Shown one piece after another: positions 9,512 to 19,962 of a DNA stretch of 64,000 bases. The notes under the pieces are model-generated. The model saw only the letters and a program-made list of their open reading frames with translations. It did not search any database and was not told the origin of the DNA. Position 1 is the stretch's first letter. Each line of letters begins with the position of its first letter. This stretch comes from an uncultured Dehalococcoidia bacterium (GTDB taxonomy: Bacteria; Chloroflexota; Dehalococcoidia; Lucifugimonadales; UBA826). The translations under genes were made by a program, and so were the position numbers. The stretch lies in contig CAZRSW010000004.1 in assembly GCA_964602845.1 (NCBI GenBank), positions 13,893 through 77,892 of the forward strand, given 5' to 3'.

Positions 9512-10486
9512 TCAATCGACAATATTAACAACTGCTTGAGGACTTTCTCCTCTTCTCACCCTCTCCATATTTTGGAAGGCAAATTTAGCCCGCCTGGACC
9601 ATGTATCCCAAGTAGTACCCGCCATATGGGGAGTAGCAACAACATTATCCATCTTCAATAAAGGATTATCAGGATCAACGGGTTCTTTTTCAAAAACATC
9701 TAAGCCAGCTGCAGCAATCTCACCCTCCATCAAGGCCGATATCAAAGCCATTTCGTCCACTACTGGTCCCCTCGATGTGTTGATAAGAATCGCTGAAGAT
9801 TTCATCATAGAAAGTCTCCTTGAATTAACAATATGCCTAGTCTCCTTTGTCAGTGGAGTATGACATGTAACTATGTCAGATGTCTCAAACAGTTCATCAA
9901 GCGACACATAACTAACATTCAATTCTTTTTCCGTTGCCTCATCGAGGCGATTCATATCATGATACTGGACTTCGGAGTCAAAGGCCTGAACCCTTTTGGC
10001 TACCTGCTTACCGATATTACCAATACCTAGAATCCCCACCTTCTTGTTAGCCAACTCAAACGTATTTTGTCCCGTTATTGGTTCTAGCCAACGTCCAGAT
10101 CTGGTAGATGTATTACAGGCCAAAAGTTGCTTGTAAATTGCCAGTATCAAAAGAATCGCCTGATCGGAAACTGCCCAAGAATTCGCCCCCCCATTATTGG
10201 CCAAGGGAATCCCAAGCTTGGTAATAAGATCCAAGTTCATTGAATCGTAGCCTGCTGCTAGAGTCTGGACTAATCGACATCTTTCCATTGATCTGAGTAC
10301 ATCGTCAGAAGGGTTGTTGCCATAGCAAATCAGGAAATCCGCACTGCGAGCCTCACTTATACGGTTTTCCTCGGTAGAGGACTTTCCCAATACCACGATT
10401 TCGTAACCGTCGGGTGCATAGGAAAGCACCTTATCAATTAAAACATCCGCCAGGTTCGTAAGAAACACCACTTTAGTCGAATCCAT
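9512..10486 (-). CDS. D-isomer-specific 2-hydroxyacid dehydrogenase (glyoxylate/hydroxypyruvate reductase or PGDH-like)
   Basis: NAD fold GILGIGNIGKQVAKR. Catalytic region LINTSRGPVVDE...DVFEKEP...TPHMAG. Confidence 0.85.
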   Translation of the reverse strand: MDSTKVVFLTNLADVLIDKVLSYAPDGYEIVVLGKSSTEENRISEARSADFLICYGNNPSDDVLRSMERCRLVQTLAAGYDSMNLDLITKLGIPLANNGGANSWAVSDQAILLILAIYKQLLACNTSTRSGRWLEPITGQNTFELANKKVGILGIGNIGKQVAKRVQAFDSEVQYHDMNRLDEATEKELNVSYVSLDELFETSDIVTCHTPLTKETRHIVNSRRLSMMKSSAILINTSRGPVVDEMALISALMEGEIAAAGLDVFEKEPVDPDNPLLKMDNVVATPHMAGTTWDTWSRRAKFAFQNMERVRRGESPQAVVNIVD

Positions 10487-10513
10487 GGGGTCTACCCTCC
10501 TCTGCTATATTAT

Positions 10514-11203
10514 CTACCCGTACCTCTGTCGGAGAATATCCTTCAGTTTCTCCGGAGAAAAGTCTTGCGCCATACAGACATCTATTATTTCCTTCTCTCC
10601 GGACTCCACCTTAGCTATAGCACCCGGGAGATCTGCAACTATCTCTTTTGGAATGCTAATAACTCCATGTTGATCCCCAAGAAGAAGATCCCCGGGGTTC
10701 ACAGTGACGCCACCAATAGTAACTGGTATATTCGCTTCTACCAAGTGTACATTCGCCCTGGATACGAGGCTGGTTGTCGCAAAAGCATTAAACCCCCATT
10801 CTTTCATTTCATCAAGATCACGAACTCCACCATCAGTAACAACCCCAACGCAACCTACCGATTTGTGAATAGCGCTTTGAACTTCCCCCCAAAATGAACC
10901 AATAACATCCGGATGGTCTAAGTCCTTCATGACTATTATCCTTGGTCCAGGAATACTTAATATTTCATCTATCCAATCGACTCTTGAGAAATTCATATTT
11001 TCTGAGGCGGGTGTGGAAGCTTTTATTACCGCGGTCACTGCAAACCCAGCCATACTACCCATCTCCGGAAACATACTCTTTATGTCAGGATTCATAAAAC
11101 CTTCGGTCTTAGATCTCACATTAAGGCTCTCGATAGCATTAGATACAGCACAAGTCTGCATCTCTGAAACATCTCTGATCTGATCTTCACTTATGTCTAC
11201 CAT
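10514..11203 (-). CDS. RraA-family protein (4-hydroxy-4-methyl-2-oxoglutarate aldolase/oxaloacetate decarboxylase-like)
   Basis: 229 aa. GVVTDGGVRD and GDLLLGDQHGVISIP are typical of the RraA/HMG-aldolase fold. Confidence 0.7.
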   Translation of the reverse strand: MVDISEDQIRDVSEMQTCAVSNAIESLNVRSKTEGFMNPDIKSMFPEMGSMAGFAVTAVIKASTPASENMNFSRVDWIDEILSIPGPRIIVMKDLDHPDVIGSFWGEVQSAIHKSVGCVGVVTDGGVRDLDEMKEWGFNAFATTSLVSRANVHLVEANIPVTIGGVTVNPGDLLLGDQHGVISIPKEIVADLPGAIAKVESGEKEIIDVCMAQDFSPEKLKDILRQRYG

Positions 11204-11404
11204 CTCTTTCTCCAGTACATCATTTTGTTTAAGTATCCTAAGAGTGACTGCTCTAGTTTACACAAAAATCGAACAACGAAAACTTCTGAGCTCCCAAATA
11301 ATATAAAAGTAACCAATTCCTTGACCATATACGCGGGAAACTTAATAATGTGGATGTTCTAATTTTATGCATAGCAAATGTTAACCCTTTAAGGAGATTA
11401 TAGG

Positions 11405-12301
11405 ATGGCAAGTGGAAATATAGGATTTGTAGGACTGGGGATTATGGGAAAACCAATGGTTCGCAACCTCATGAAAGAGGGATACAATGTTACGATTTTT
11501 GACATTGTTGGTGAGGCCGTAGAGGAGATGGTAGGTGAGGGTGCAACTCCAGCGAGTTCTGCTATGGAAGTAGCCTCAAAAAACCCTGTGGTCATAACGA
11601 TGGTACCGGATTCCCCTCAGTCAGAGGCCGCTATTTTGGGTCCTGGGGGTGTACTCGAGGGTGCATCGGCGGGATCAACAGTAATCGATATGAGTTCGAT
11701 CGCCCCGGCTTCTTCCCAGAAAATTGCCGCAGCCTGTGAGGCAGCTGGAGTAAGCTTTCTGGATGCCCCAGTTAGCGGCGGAGAAACGGGCGCCATAGAA
11801 GGAACTCTCGCTGTGATGGTAGGTGGAAAGAAGGATGTTTTCGACAAAAACTTTGACATGTTGTCAACCATGTCAGGGAGTATTGTGTTATGCGGAGGCT
11901 ACGGAGCTGGAAACATCACAAAGCTGGCGAACCAGATAATTGTCGCTGGTAACATAGCTGCACTTGGAGAAGCTTTGGTCTTAGCAAAAAAATCGGGAAT
12001 CAACCCGCAGGTAGTTTTCGATGCGATAAAAGGTGGTCTCGCTGGTAGCAACGTAATGAACACAAAGGGCCCTATGATGATAGATGGAAACTTTGACCCA
12101 GGTTTCAGGATAGTTCTTCATCAAAAAGACCTTCATAATGCCATCCTGACCGGTAAGGAATCTGGAGTCCCCCTGATTATTACGAGTACTGTCCAGCAAA
12201 TTCTTGGCTCATTAATCAACGATGGAAAAGGCAACGCCGACCATTCAGCAATAGCCAACTTCATGGAAGACATGGCCGGTGTTAAGATCTCAGACGACTA
12301 G
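11405..12301 (+). CDS. NAD(P)-dependent 3-hydroxyisobutyrate / tartronate-semialdehyde reductase family dehydrogenase
   Basis: IGFVGLGIMGKPM Rossmann motif, DAPVSGG, and a conserved K in NITKLANQ. AAGGAG RBS. Confidence 0.85.
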   Translation: MASGNIGFVGLGIMGKPMVRNLMKEGYNVTIFDIVGEAVEEMVGEGATPASSAMEVASKNPVVITMVPDSPQSEAAILGPGGVLEGASAGSTVIDMSSIAPASSQKIAAACEAAGVSFLDAPVSGGETGAIEGTLAVMVGGKKDVFDKNFDMLSTMSGSIVLCGGYGAGNITKLANQIIVAGNIAALGEALVLAKKSGINPQVVFDAIKGGLAGSNVMNTKGPMMIDGNFDPGFRIVLHQKDLHNAILTGKESGVPLIITSTVQQILGSLINDGKGNADHSAIANFMEDMAGVKISDD

Positions 12302-12347
12302 ATAGAATCCGAATTCACTATTTCACCTATCGGAGAGTACGAATCCT

Positions 12348-13262
12348 ATGACAAACAGACAAATTCCTACAAAAGCTGAAGTGGACTCATATTTGAAGGA
12401 TACCAATTGGGGTAGGTGGGGATCAAAGGGATCGGCCGGAGCATTGAACTTAATAACAAGACAAAAGAGGATCGAAGCGACACATCTTGTTAAAGCAGGA
12501 CGTACAGTATCATTAAGCAGACCTCTAGCTGTCGTTCCTGCCAACGATAACCCTAGACCTGCTCAACATTTTATGCACAAGGAAAAAAGACCGCCTAACG
12601 GCGGCGCAGCTATGGATTACTACGGAGTCTTTTATCATGGCACCGCAACAACTCACATAGATGCCCTATGTCATGTCTGGAACAAGGACGGTATGTGGGA
12701 TGGCAAGAATCCAGATGAAGTAATCGGATTTGACGGCGCAAACTATGGCACAGTGGATGAATGGAAGGACGGTATACTCACTAGGGGAGTCTTATTGGAT
12801 GTGCCAAATCATAGAAACACTCCATACGTAACAATTGAAGAACCAGTACACGGCTGGGAACTCGACGACATAGCGGAGGCACAACAAGTCGATATAGAGC
12901 CTGGGGATGCGGTATTCGTATATAGTGGGAGAGACAAGTACGCAGCAGCTAACGGTGGGCAATGGGGGACTGTGGACGGACGCCCTGGGTTGCACGCCTC
13001 CTGTTTACCATTCTTGAAAAAACATGATATTTCTATCTTAGGATGGGACATGATGGATGTACAACCTAATGAGTACAATGTTCCGTGGACTGTTCATGGG
13101 GCGATCTTCGCCTACGGAGTTGCCCTCGTTGATAACGCCTATCTTGAAGATCTATCAAAAACCTGCACAGAAGAGAATAGATATACGTTCATGCTAACGA
13201 TTAACCCGCTCTTCGTGAAAGGGGGAACTGGTTCCCCAGCAAATCCAATAGCAGTTTTTTGA
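12348..13262 (+). CDS. Cyclase-family protein (kynurenine formamidase-like metal hydrolase)
   Basis: YHGTATTHIDALCH resembles the HxGTHxDxPxH cyclase-family metal motif. Length is 304 aa. Confidence 0.6.
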   Translation: MTNRQIPTKAEVDSYLKDTNWGRWGSKGSAGALNLITRQKRIEATHLVKAGRTVSLSRPLAVVPANDNPRPAQHFMHKEKRPPNGGAAMDYYGVFYHGTATTHIDALCHVWNKDGMWDGKNPDEVIGFDGANYGTVDEWKDGILTRGVLLDVPNHRNTPYVTIEEPVHGWELDDIAEAQQVDIEPGDAVFVYSGRDKYAAANGGQWGTVDGRPGLHASCLPFLKKHDISILGWDMMDVQPNEYNVPWTVHGAIFAYGVALVDNAYLEDLSKTCTEENRYTFMLTINPLFVKGGTGSPANPIAVF

Positions 13263-13277
13263 TTCCTACTCAGATAT

Positions 13278-14201
13278 ATGGTGCGGATATCAACAATTAT
13301 TCATCCCGTTAGGCCATATGACTTAGATAAAACCTGCACGCTCTCCTCCCCATTCCCAGGTTCGAATTCGACAGATATTTATCAGTCGGGCGAGTATATC
13401 AGGACATTAAGATCCGCTGATCAGACAATACTTGTCACAGTTAGAGAGGCCGAGGCTAAGAACTCAACTCGGATCGAACTCAACATAGATGCGCAATACA
13501 TCTCGGGAAAACTTGTAAAAGACATATCCTTACAAGTTAGATCCATATTAGGCCTTGATCTCAGCGTGTCGAAATTCTATAGGATGTCAAGCAAAGACCC
13601 AGTACTAGGACCAATTACTAAGAAATTCATAGGATTAAGGCCCACAAAAGCACCCACTGTTTTCGAAGCACTAATACAGTCCATCATAAGCCAACAGATC
13701 CATACAAATGTAGCAAGAAAGATCTGTAACTTATTAGTGGAAAATCTCGGTGAAAGGCTGCAGGTCGATGGTAACACATATCCTGTCTTTCCTACTCCAG
13801 AATCATTGGCCAATGCGGGTACAGCCGGTTTAAAACGATACAAATTAAGCCATCGAAAGGCTCAATATATTTGGGGTATTGCCCAACAAATTACAACAGG
13901 GGAACTAGATCTGGAGAGTCTCAGATTTGCCTCAACTGATGAAGCAATCCAACAGTTAACCGCTTTAAGAGGAATCGGTATGTGGACGGCAAATTGGCTA
14001 CTTATTAGGGCTCTTGGCCATCCAGACGGATTCCCCTCAGGAGACCTAGCTCTTCAAAAAGCAGTGACAATGCTATCAAACAACGAACAACATATGTCAG
14101 AACGCGATATTTTACGCCATTCCAAAAGGTGGTCACCTTACAGGAGTTTAGCTACAACATATATATTCGCTCAGTACAGATCCAAATTGTCTGGCGGGTA
14201 A
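13278..14201 (+). CDS. alkA: DNA-3-methyladenine glycosylase II (HhH-GPD, AlkA-like)
   Basis: HhH-GPD region LTALRGIGMWTANWLLIRALGHPDGFPSGDLAL, with the catalytic Asp. Confidence 0.75.
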   Translation: MVRISTIIHPVRPYDLDKTCTLSSPFPGSNSTDIYQSGEYIRTLRSADQTILVTVREAEAKNSTRIELNIDAQYISGKLVKDISLQVRSILGLDLSVSKFYRMSSKDPVLGPITKKFIGLRPTKAPTVFEALIQSIISQQIHTNVARKICNLLVENLGERLQVDGNTYPVFPTPESLANAGTAGLKRYKLSHRKAQYIWGIAQQITTGELDLESLRFASTDEAIQQLTALRGIGMWTANWLLIRALGHPDGFPSGDLALQKAVTMLSNNEQHMSERDILRHSKRWSPYRSLATTYIFAQYRSKLSGG

Positions 14202-14245
14202 TATGAATCAACAGACATATGGTTGTAATGACTTATCTTTAACCG

Positions 14246-16768
14246 CTATTTCCCAGACCCATGCCCTGTCCCATTCTTCCCATTACCATTTTGTTGCTCA
14301 GGAATATCGTCATCATATTTCAAACTAGTTACACATGAAATAGAGGAGACAAAGTCACCGTCCCTAGGTTTGAAAATGGTAACCCCCTGAGTAATTCGAC
14401 CTCGTAAACTTCTGATTTCACTCAAGTCAGTTCGCATTACCTGCGCTTTCTCTGATACTACGTATACCTCTTTCCCATCGTCAACTACCTGTGCATCAGC
14501 CAAGTTACCAGTATTTTTAGTGATCTTAAACGCCTTTAAACCCAAACCGCCACGTCCTTGCTTTCTATATTCTGCTAACGGATTTATTTTGCCCCGTCCC
14601 AGCGTACTAATGACCATAAGCTTGCTTTCATCATTGCCAACATCCATGGCGATTACCTTATCGCCTCTCCTTAAAGACATTCCCTTCACCCCTCCAGCTG
14701 CTCGCTGCCTCAAAGGAGCTTCGTCCAAAGAAAATCGGATTGCCATACCCTGTTCAGAGATAAAGACAATATCATCCCCTTCCTTAGCTAGTTTCACTGA
14801 AACAAGCTCATCATCACCTTTCAAATTCATAATCTTCAGTCCAGACGGGCGAATATTTGATACTGCACTAAGTTCTACCCTTTTTACTCTGCCCTGTCGT
14901 GTCCCTAAGATAAGGTACTTAAACCCCTCTTCCTCAGATTTCCCTACGCTTATCAAGGCGCTGACATTCTCTGTGTCCCATATATTAATCACATTGACAA
15001 CAGGGACTCCACGGGTGTTGCGGTTAACATCAGCTCTCAACTCGTATACTACTTTCGAAAGTACTCGCCCTTTGTTTGTAAAGAACATTAATCTTTCATG
15101 ACTATCGACAACCCTGATATCCTTTACAGGATCATTATCTCGGGTGTTCATCCCTGAAACACCCTTCCCTCCACGATGCTGACGCCTGAAGGTATTAGCT
15201 GGAATACGTTTTATGTAACCACCCCTGCTAAGTGTTATCGCTATCTGCTCATGAGCTTCTAATTCCTCTCGGCTCAAATCATGAGCATCGTTACTGATCG
15301 TTGTTCTTCGTTTTTCACCATATTTCTTCTTTACCTCATCGGTCTCTAACTTAACGACCTCAAGCACTTTTTTGCCATCGGCTAACAACTCCTGCAATCC
15401 TTTTATAGTCTCCTGCAGAGTACGATATTCTTCTTCAAGCTTCTCTCGTTCAAGGGCCGCAAGTCTCCTGAGCTGCATATCAAGGATGGCCTGCGCCTGA
15501 GGTCTATCCAAAGCAAACCGATCCATCAGTCCAATTCTTGCCGCATCAACATCTTCGGAATTTCTTATCAGGGCAATAACCTCATCTAAGTTGCTAATAG
15601 CAATCCTCAAACCAGCCAGTATATGCGCCCTCTCTCTAGCTCGATCCAACTCATATTGCGCCCGCCTGCGCACTACCTCTTGTCGAAATTTAATATATTC
15701 CTGAAGAGCGAGCTTGAGAGTGATAGTACGTGGACTTCCGTCAATGATAGCCAACATATTGGCAGAGAAAGATGACTGCATCGAGGTGTGTTTATAAAGG
15801 TTATTCAAAACTACCTGAGGTTGAACACCACCTCTCAACTCAAAGACGATCCTCATCCCATCCCTATCAGATTCATCACGTACTTCCGAAACACCTTCAA
15901 TTCTCTTGGTTTTCACCAATGCAGCTGTCTTTTCTATAAGTGCAGACTTGTTCACTTGATAAGGAAGCTCGTATACCACTATTTGCATTCGACTATTAGA
16001 CCGTGGCATAGGCTCTATTTCAGCCTTGGCCCTAACAATGATTTGCCCCTTACCCGTACTGTATGCTTCTCGCACTCCCTGACGTCCCATGATCGTCCCA
16101 CCTGTTGGGAAATCAGGTGCCTTCACCTTCTTTATGAGATCATCAGTAGTAGCCTCTGGGTTGTCTATCAGCAAATTAATAGCGTTGCATACTTCAGTAG
16201 GATTATGAGGTGGTATATTTGTTGCCATACCAACCGCTATACCAGAAGCACCATTGATAAGTAAGTTTGGCAGCCTCGCCGGTAAGACTCTCGGCTCCCG
16301 AAGGGTATCGTCAAAGTTGAGCGCCCAATCAACAGTGTCTTGATCTAGATTCGACAGCATTTCTTCAGCGACTCGACTCAGTCTCGCCTCCGTATATCTC
16401 ATTGCAGCTGCCGGATCATTGTCAATACTGCCAAAATTCCCCTGCCCATCGACCAAAGGCATCCTCAGAGTAAAATCTTGTGCAAGCCTAACCATCGCCT
16501 CGTAGACAGCTAAATCTCCATGCGGATGCCATTTACCTAGGACTTCCCCGACAAGCCTGGCGCTTTTTTTGTAGCCTGAATTCGGCCTCATCCCTAAATC
16601 ATGCATTGCGTACAATATTCGTCTCTGCACAGGCTTGAGGCCGTCCCTGATGTCCGGTAGAGCTCTAGAAACGATTACGCTCATGGCATAATCAAGATAA
16701 GATCCCCTCATCTCGTCAACTATTTGAGTTGGCCTGATATACCCATAGTCAGACTTGCTAGTTGTCAT
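14246..16768 (-). CDS. gyrA: DNA gyrase subunit A
   Basis: [18 protein letters not shown], the active-site region [11 protein letters not shown], and C-terminal beta-pinwheel repeats. 840 aa. Confidence 0.97.
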   Translation of the reverse strand: MTTSKSDYGYIRPTQIVDEMRGSYLDYAMSVIVSRALPDIRDGLKPVQRRILYAMHDLGMRPNSGYKKSARLVGEVLGKWHPHGDLAVYEAMVRLAQDFTLRMPLVDGQGNFGSIDNDPAAAMRYTEARLSRVAEEMLSNLDQDTVDWALNFDDTLREPRVLPARLPNLLINGASGIAVGMATNIPPHNPTEVCNAINLLIDNPEATTDDLIKKVKAPDFPTGGTIMGRQGVREAYSTGKGQIIVRAKAEIEPMPRSNSRMQIVVYELPYQVNKSALIEKTAALVKTKRIEGVSEVRDESDRDGMRIVFELRGGVQPQVVLNNLYKHTSMQSSFSANMLAIIDGSPRTITLKLALQEYIKFRQEVVRRRAQYELDRARERAHILAGLRIAISNLDEVIALIRNSEDVDAARIGLMDRFALDRPQAQAILDMQLRRLAALEREKLEEEYRTLQETIKGLQELLADGKKVLEVVKLETDEVKKKYGEKRRTTISNDAHDLSREELEAHEQIAITLSRGGYIKRIPANTFRRQHRGGKGVSGMNTRDNDPVKDIRVVDSHERLMFFTNKGRVLSKVVYELRADVNRNTRGVPVVNVINIWDTENVSALISVGKSEEEGFKYLILGTRQGRVKRVELSAVSNIRPSGLKIMNLKGDDELVSVKLAKEGDDIVFISEQGMAIRFSLDEAPLRQRAAGGVKGMSLRRGDKVIAMDVGNDESKLMVISTLGRGKINPLAEYRKQGRGGLGLKAFKITKNTGNLADAQVVDDGKEVYVVSEKAQVMRTDLSEIRSLRGRITQGVTIFKPRDGDFVSSISCVTSLKYDDDIPEQQNGNGKNGTGHGSGK

Positions 16769-16892
16769 TGAGAACTCCTACACACCAATTTATGAAGTCT
16801 CTGCGAGGCTCACTGTTAATCCCAAAATCTGGAATGTGATCTATAAAGACTCCTGCAATATACCTCCGCGAAAGTAACACAGAGGCGCTCAG

Positions 16893-16901
16893 ATTATACC
16901 A
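16893..16901 (-). promoter_or_regulatory. Candidate extended -10 promoter element for gyrA
   Basis: The minus strand reads TGGTATAAT (TGn + perfect TATAAT) about 125 nt upstream of the gyrA ATG. No good -35 is present, which is normal for extended -10 promoters. Pattern match only. Confidence 0.3.
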
Positions 16902-16935
16902 CAAAAACCAGTGTTTTTAGGTACATTTAGACACA

Positions 16936-17691
16936 TTATCTTGTGTATTGAGATTTCCCGACAAGAGTCCTGAAAAGTCCGTCGAAGTGTGGCGGTAGTT
17001 CACCCCTACGCTCTGGATGAAACTGAACGCCGATGACCCAGTTGTGAGTAGGACTTTCCAATGCTTCAATCAAGCCGTCATCAACGGACCAGGCTGAGGT
17101 CATCAATTCGTCAGATTTCCCCGACTCCCTTAAACCATGCTGATGGTAGCTATTGACTCTAACAAATCCACCCGAACCTACAGTTGCAGCCAGCTTGCTT
17201 CCTGGTGTCAAAAATATGCGATGATACCCCAATAACATCTCTTTTCCCTTTTCTGCTGTGCCGTCTGCAACATGGCCATGAGCCACTTTATTGAGAGTAC
17301 CTCCAGAAACCGCATTGAGAATCTGCATTCCGCGGCCGATACCCAGTACAGGTGCATCGCGCATCATCATTTCTTTAAGCAGAATCATCTCTAATTCCTC
17401 AAACCTTGCCTTGGTCGGTTTATCACTCAAATGTGTCATATGGTCGTCTGAGAAACTCAAACTGAGGTCACCCGGTCCCGCTAGTAGCAACCCTTCCAAT
17501 CCTCTTGATATATCGGGCATCTGGTGAACATTCTCAGGGGTAATCAACCTGACATTACCACCAAACTGACTGATAACGTTCGCACAATGCCCGCCAGATT
17601 CCTCATCCGAACATGTTAATCCGATGACCGGACCTTGATCTTTCATGACCTCACCTAAAATTTGATTATGAACTATTTTCGATGTAACCAA
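16936..17691 (-). CDS. Class-I glutamine amidotransferase-like / peptidase C26 (PuuD-like) protein lacking the nucleophile Cys
   Basis: The family blocks LLAGPGD, VLGIGRGMQILN and VIGVQFHPE are present, but the usual G-I-C-R-G motif reads G-I-G-R-G (GGC at 17335-17337). ATG at 17646, preceded by AGGTGAGG, is a more likely start than TTG at 17691. Confidence 0.8.
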   Translation of the reverse strand: MVTSKIVHNQILGEVMKDQGPVIGLTCSDEESGGHCANVISQFGGNVRLITPENVHQMPDISRGLEGLLLAGPGDLSLSFSDDHMTHLSDKPTKARFEELEMILLKEMMMRDAPVLGIGRGMQILNAVSGGTLNKVAHGHVADGTAEKGKEMLLGYHRIFLTPGSKLAATVGSGGFVRVNSYHQHGLRESGKSDELMTSAWSVDDGLIEALESPTHNWVIGVQFHPERRGELPPHFDGLFRTLVGKSQYTR

Positions 17692-17844
17692 TATACCAAC
17701 ATTTGATAAGGTGAAGACTTAATTGTTCCCCAACATTTATGATTTCTATAACGTGAGTTCCTAGCGCCTTATCACTTAACAGCCCAAAAGTAATACAATG
17801 CTCCAAATATTTCTTGCCCCGATCATAATTGACATAGGCACACC

Positions 17845-18960
17845 ATGAAATCAGACTCCGTGGTAATAATAGGTGGTGGCGTTGCAGGATGTGCCGCCGC
17901 CCATTATCTATCTAAAATTGGAATAAGCTCCACTATTGTTGATAGCGGAGGTATAGGCCAGCATGCCTCAGGGTACGCAGCGGGCATGTTAAATCCTCTT
18001 GTTGGTTCGAATATCCCCGGCGATCTTGCTGAAATCGCACTAACTTCATTCAGACTTCACCTGTCTACATGGAACGAGCTAATGGAAAATACTGGGGTGG
18101 ATTTTCAACCCCGTTCAATAACCTCATTGGAGGTCGTATTCGATGATCCCAATACAACAACGCTGGAGTCAACTCATAACATATTCAACTCAACCAAGGG
18201 ATTTAAATCACACTCGCTAACCAAAAATGATTTGAGGGAATTTCAACCTAGATTATCGGAGAAAATCACCTATGCACTATGTCTAGAAGGTCAGGCCACA
18301 CTGGACAGCCTACTTTTCACAAAGGCACTAGGACAATCCGCCATAAACAACGGGGCAAAGTTTTTGCTTGCCGAGGTAACTGGCGTAAACATACGAAATC
18401 AAAAGGTAGTCTCGATAAGCACAAACAAAGGCAATATTCCTTGCGCGTCTGTGCTATTTGCAGCCGGTCCATGGTCCCATTTAGTAGGCAAGTGGTTGGG
18501 GATTAGAATCCCAGTAAAGCCGCTAAAGGGGCAAATTATAAGGACTCATGTACCTGATATTACTACGCCTCTGCCATTTGATGTATCTGGCAAAAAAATA
18601 ACCATTTACCAAAAGCCGGACAATTTAATCTGGATTGGTTCAACAGAAGAACATCTTGGTTTTGACACTCACATTACTACAGAAGCGAGAATAGACTTAC
18701 TAAGAAAAGCCATAGACGTAATACCAGACATGGCAGGTGCAAAAATAGAGAAACAAACCGCATGCCTTCGACCAGTCACTGACGATGATCTACCAATTAT
18801 TGGCAATATACCTAGTTTGGACAACGCTTGGATATCCACCGGCGCTGGGAAAAAGGGCATTTTACTAAGCTTAGCCATGGGAAAATCAATTGCAGAACTT
18901 ATCTCAGAGGGAAAATCGAATATGGCTATAAGAAAATTCAACATAGCACGATTTCTATGA
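17845..18960 (+). CDS. FAD-dependent oxidoreductase (DAO / glycine oxidase-like family)
   Basis: N-terminal VVIIGGGVAGCAAAHYL dinucleotide fold. C-terminal TGAGKKGILLS. Confidence 0.85.
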   Translation: MKSDSVVIIGGGVAGCAAAHYLSKIGISSTIVDSGGIGQHASGYAAGMLNPLVGSNIPGDLAEIALTSFRLHLSTWNELMENTGVDFQPRSITSLEVVFDDPNTTTLESTHNIFNSTKGFKSHSLTKNDLREFQPRLSEKITYALCLEGQATLDSLLFTKALGQSAINNGAKFLLAEVTGVNIRNQKVVSISTNKGNIPCASVLFAAGPWSHLVGKWLGIRIPVKPLKGQIIRTHVPDITTPLPFDVSGKKITIYQKPDNLIWIGSTEEHLGFDTHITTEARIDLLRKAIDVIPDMAGAKIEKQTACLRPVTDDDLPIIGNIPSLDNAWISTGAGKKGILLSLAMGKSIAELISEGKSNMAIRKFNIARFL

Positions 18961-19838
18961 AAAATATTTTTGTCCTTGTTATGCTGTTGGCATCCGTTAT
19001 GATTGTGTCCTGCAACAAGGCCGATAGCCCTTCAACTGAGCAAGCGCAACCAACTAGTACGCTACGCATAGTGGTTACAGCAACTGACCTTAGCACGGGA
19101 TACAACCGATTAACCTTTGCATTAATCGATTCGGAGACGGGTCCATTAAAAAGTACATCCCTTCAAGCTCACACGTTTCTTGTTGGAAAAGATGTAAAAG
19201 ACCGACCCAAAAAAGATCTAGACGTCGTATATCGTGAATGGCCCGACAGCAGAAGAGGAATATATACAACTACAGCGCATTTCGATGAGTCAGGAACTTG
19301 GTCCATCGAAGTTGCCATTGAAGGATCTGATGGTAAAAAAAGACTCGCAAGCGCCTCATTCAGAGTGAAGAAAGACAGTGTAACTCCGCCGGTAGGTAGC
19401 CCTGCTCCACCCTCGGAAACAAAAATTGCTCTCCACAATCAAGACTTGCAGAATGTTACCTCGTCGCTCAATCCTCACGCACCACTTTACAAACTGAGCT
19501 TAAAACAGGCCCTCACCACAAATAAACCCACCGTCGTAGTATTTGCAACGCCAGCATTTTGCAGTACGTCAACTTGTGGCCCTCAAGTCGACGTACTCGT
19601 AGCTCTTGAGAAGAACCTAAGCAATAAAGTAAATTTCATACACGTGGAAATTTACGACAATATCAACCAGCTTCAAGGAAATTTAAAAAACGCCACGGTT
19701 TCAACATCGGTAAAAGAATGGGGACTCCCGAGCGAGCCGTGGACCTTCATTATTGACAATTTAGGCATAATATCTAGCAAATTTGAAGGGTTTACAACAT
19801 ACGAAGAACTTCATGACGCGATAGTCATCTTGAATTGA
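18957..19838 (+). CDS. Lipoprotein with N-terminal beta-sandwich-like domain and C-terminal thioredoxin-fold (Cx4C) domain
   Basis: The internal ATG at 18957 overlaps the upstream stop as ATGA. It gives MKNIFVLVMLLASVMIVSC, a signal peptide plus lipobox IVSC. The C-terminal VVVFATPAFCSTSTCGPQVD is a thioredoxin-like redox motif. The track ORF start at 18828 overlaps the previous gene and is unlikely. Confidence 0.7.
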   Translation: MKNIFVLVMLLASVMIVSCNKADSPSTEQAQPTSTLRIVVTATDLSTGYNRLTFALIDSETGPLKSTSLQAHTFLVGKDVKDRPKKDLDVVYREWPDSRRGIYTTTAHFDESGTWSIEVAIEGSDGKKRLASASFRVKKDSVTPPVGSPAPPSETKIALHNQDLQNVTSSLNPHAPLYKLSLKQALTTNKPTVVVFATPAFCSTSTCGPQVDVLVALEKNLSNKVNFIHVEIYDNINQLQGNLKNATVSTSVKEWGLPSEPWTFIIDNLGIISSKFEGFTTYEELHDAIVILN

Positions 19839-19962
19839 TTTTAATCAGCCGAAGAATGATCCCATCAGGAGTCACTGCTACAACTTTTGGATGCTACAAT
19901 TAGGCGCTAAACGGTTGCACACCCTATATGATTATCAAAACCCGCCATAATATTTCCAAACA

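Noticed and set aside
18828-18956. N-terminal 43-aa extension of the lipoprotein ORF as given in the ORF track.
   Set aside because: It overlaps the 3' end of the FAD oxidoreductase in another frame. The ATG at 18957 gives a textbook signal peptide and lipobox, and an ATGA junction.
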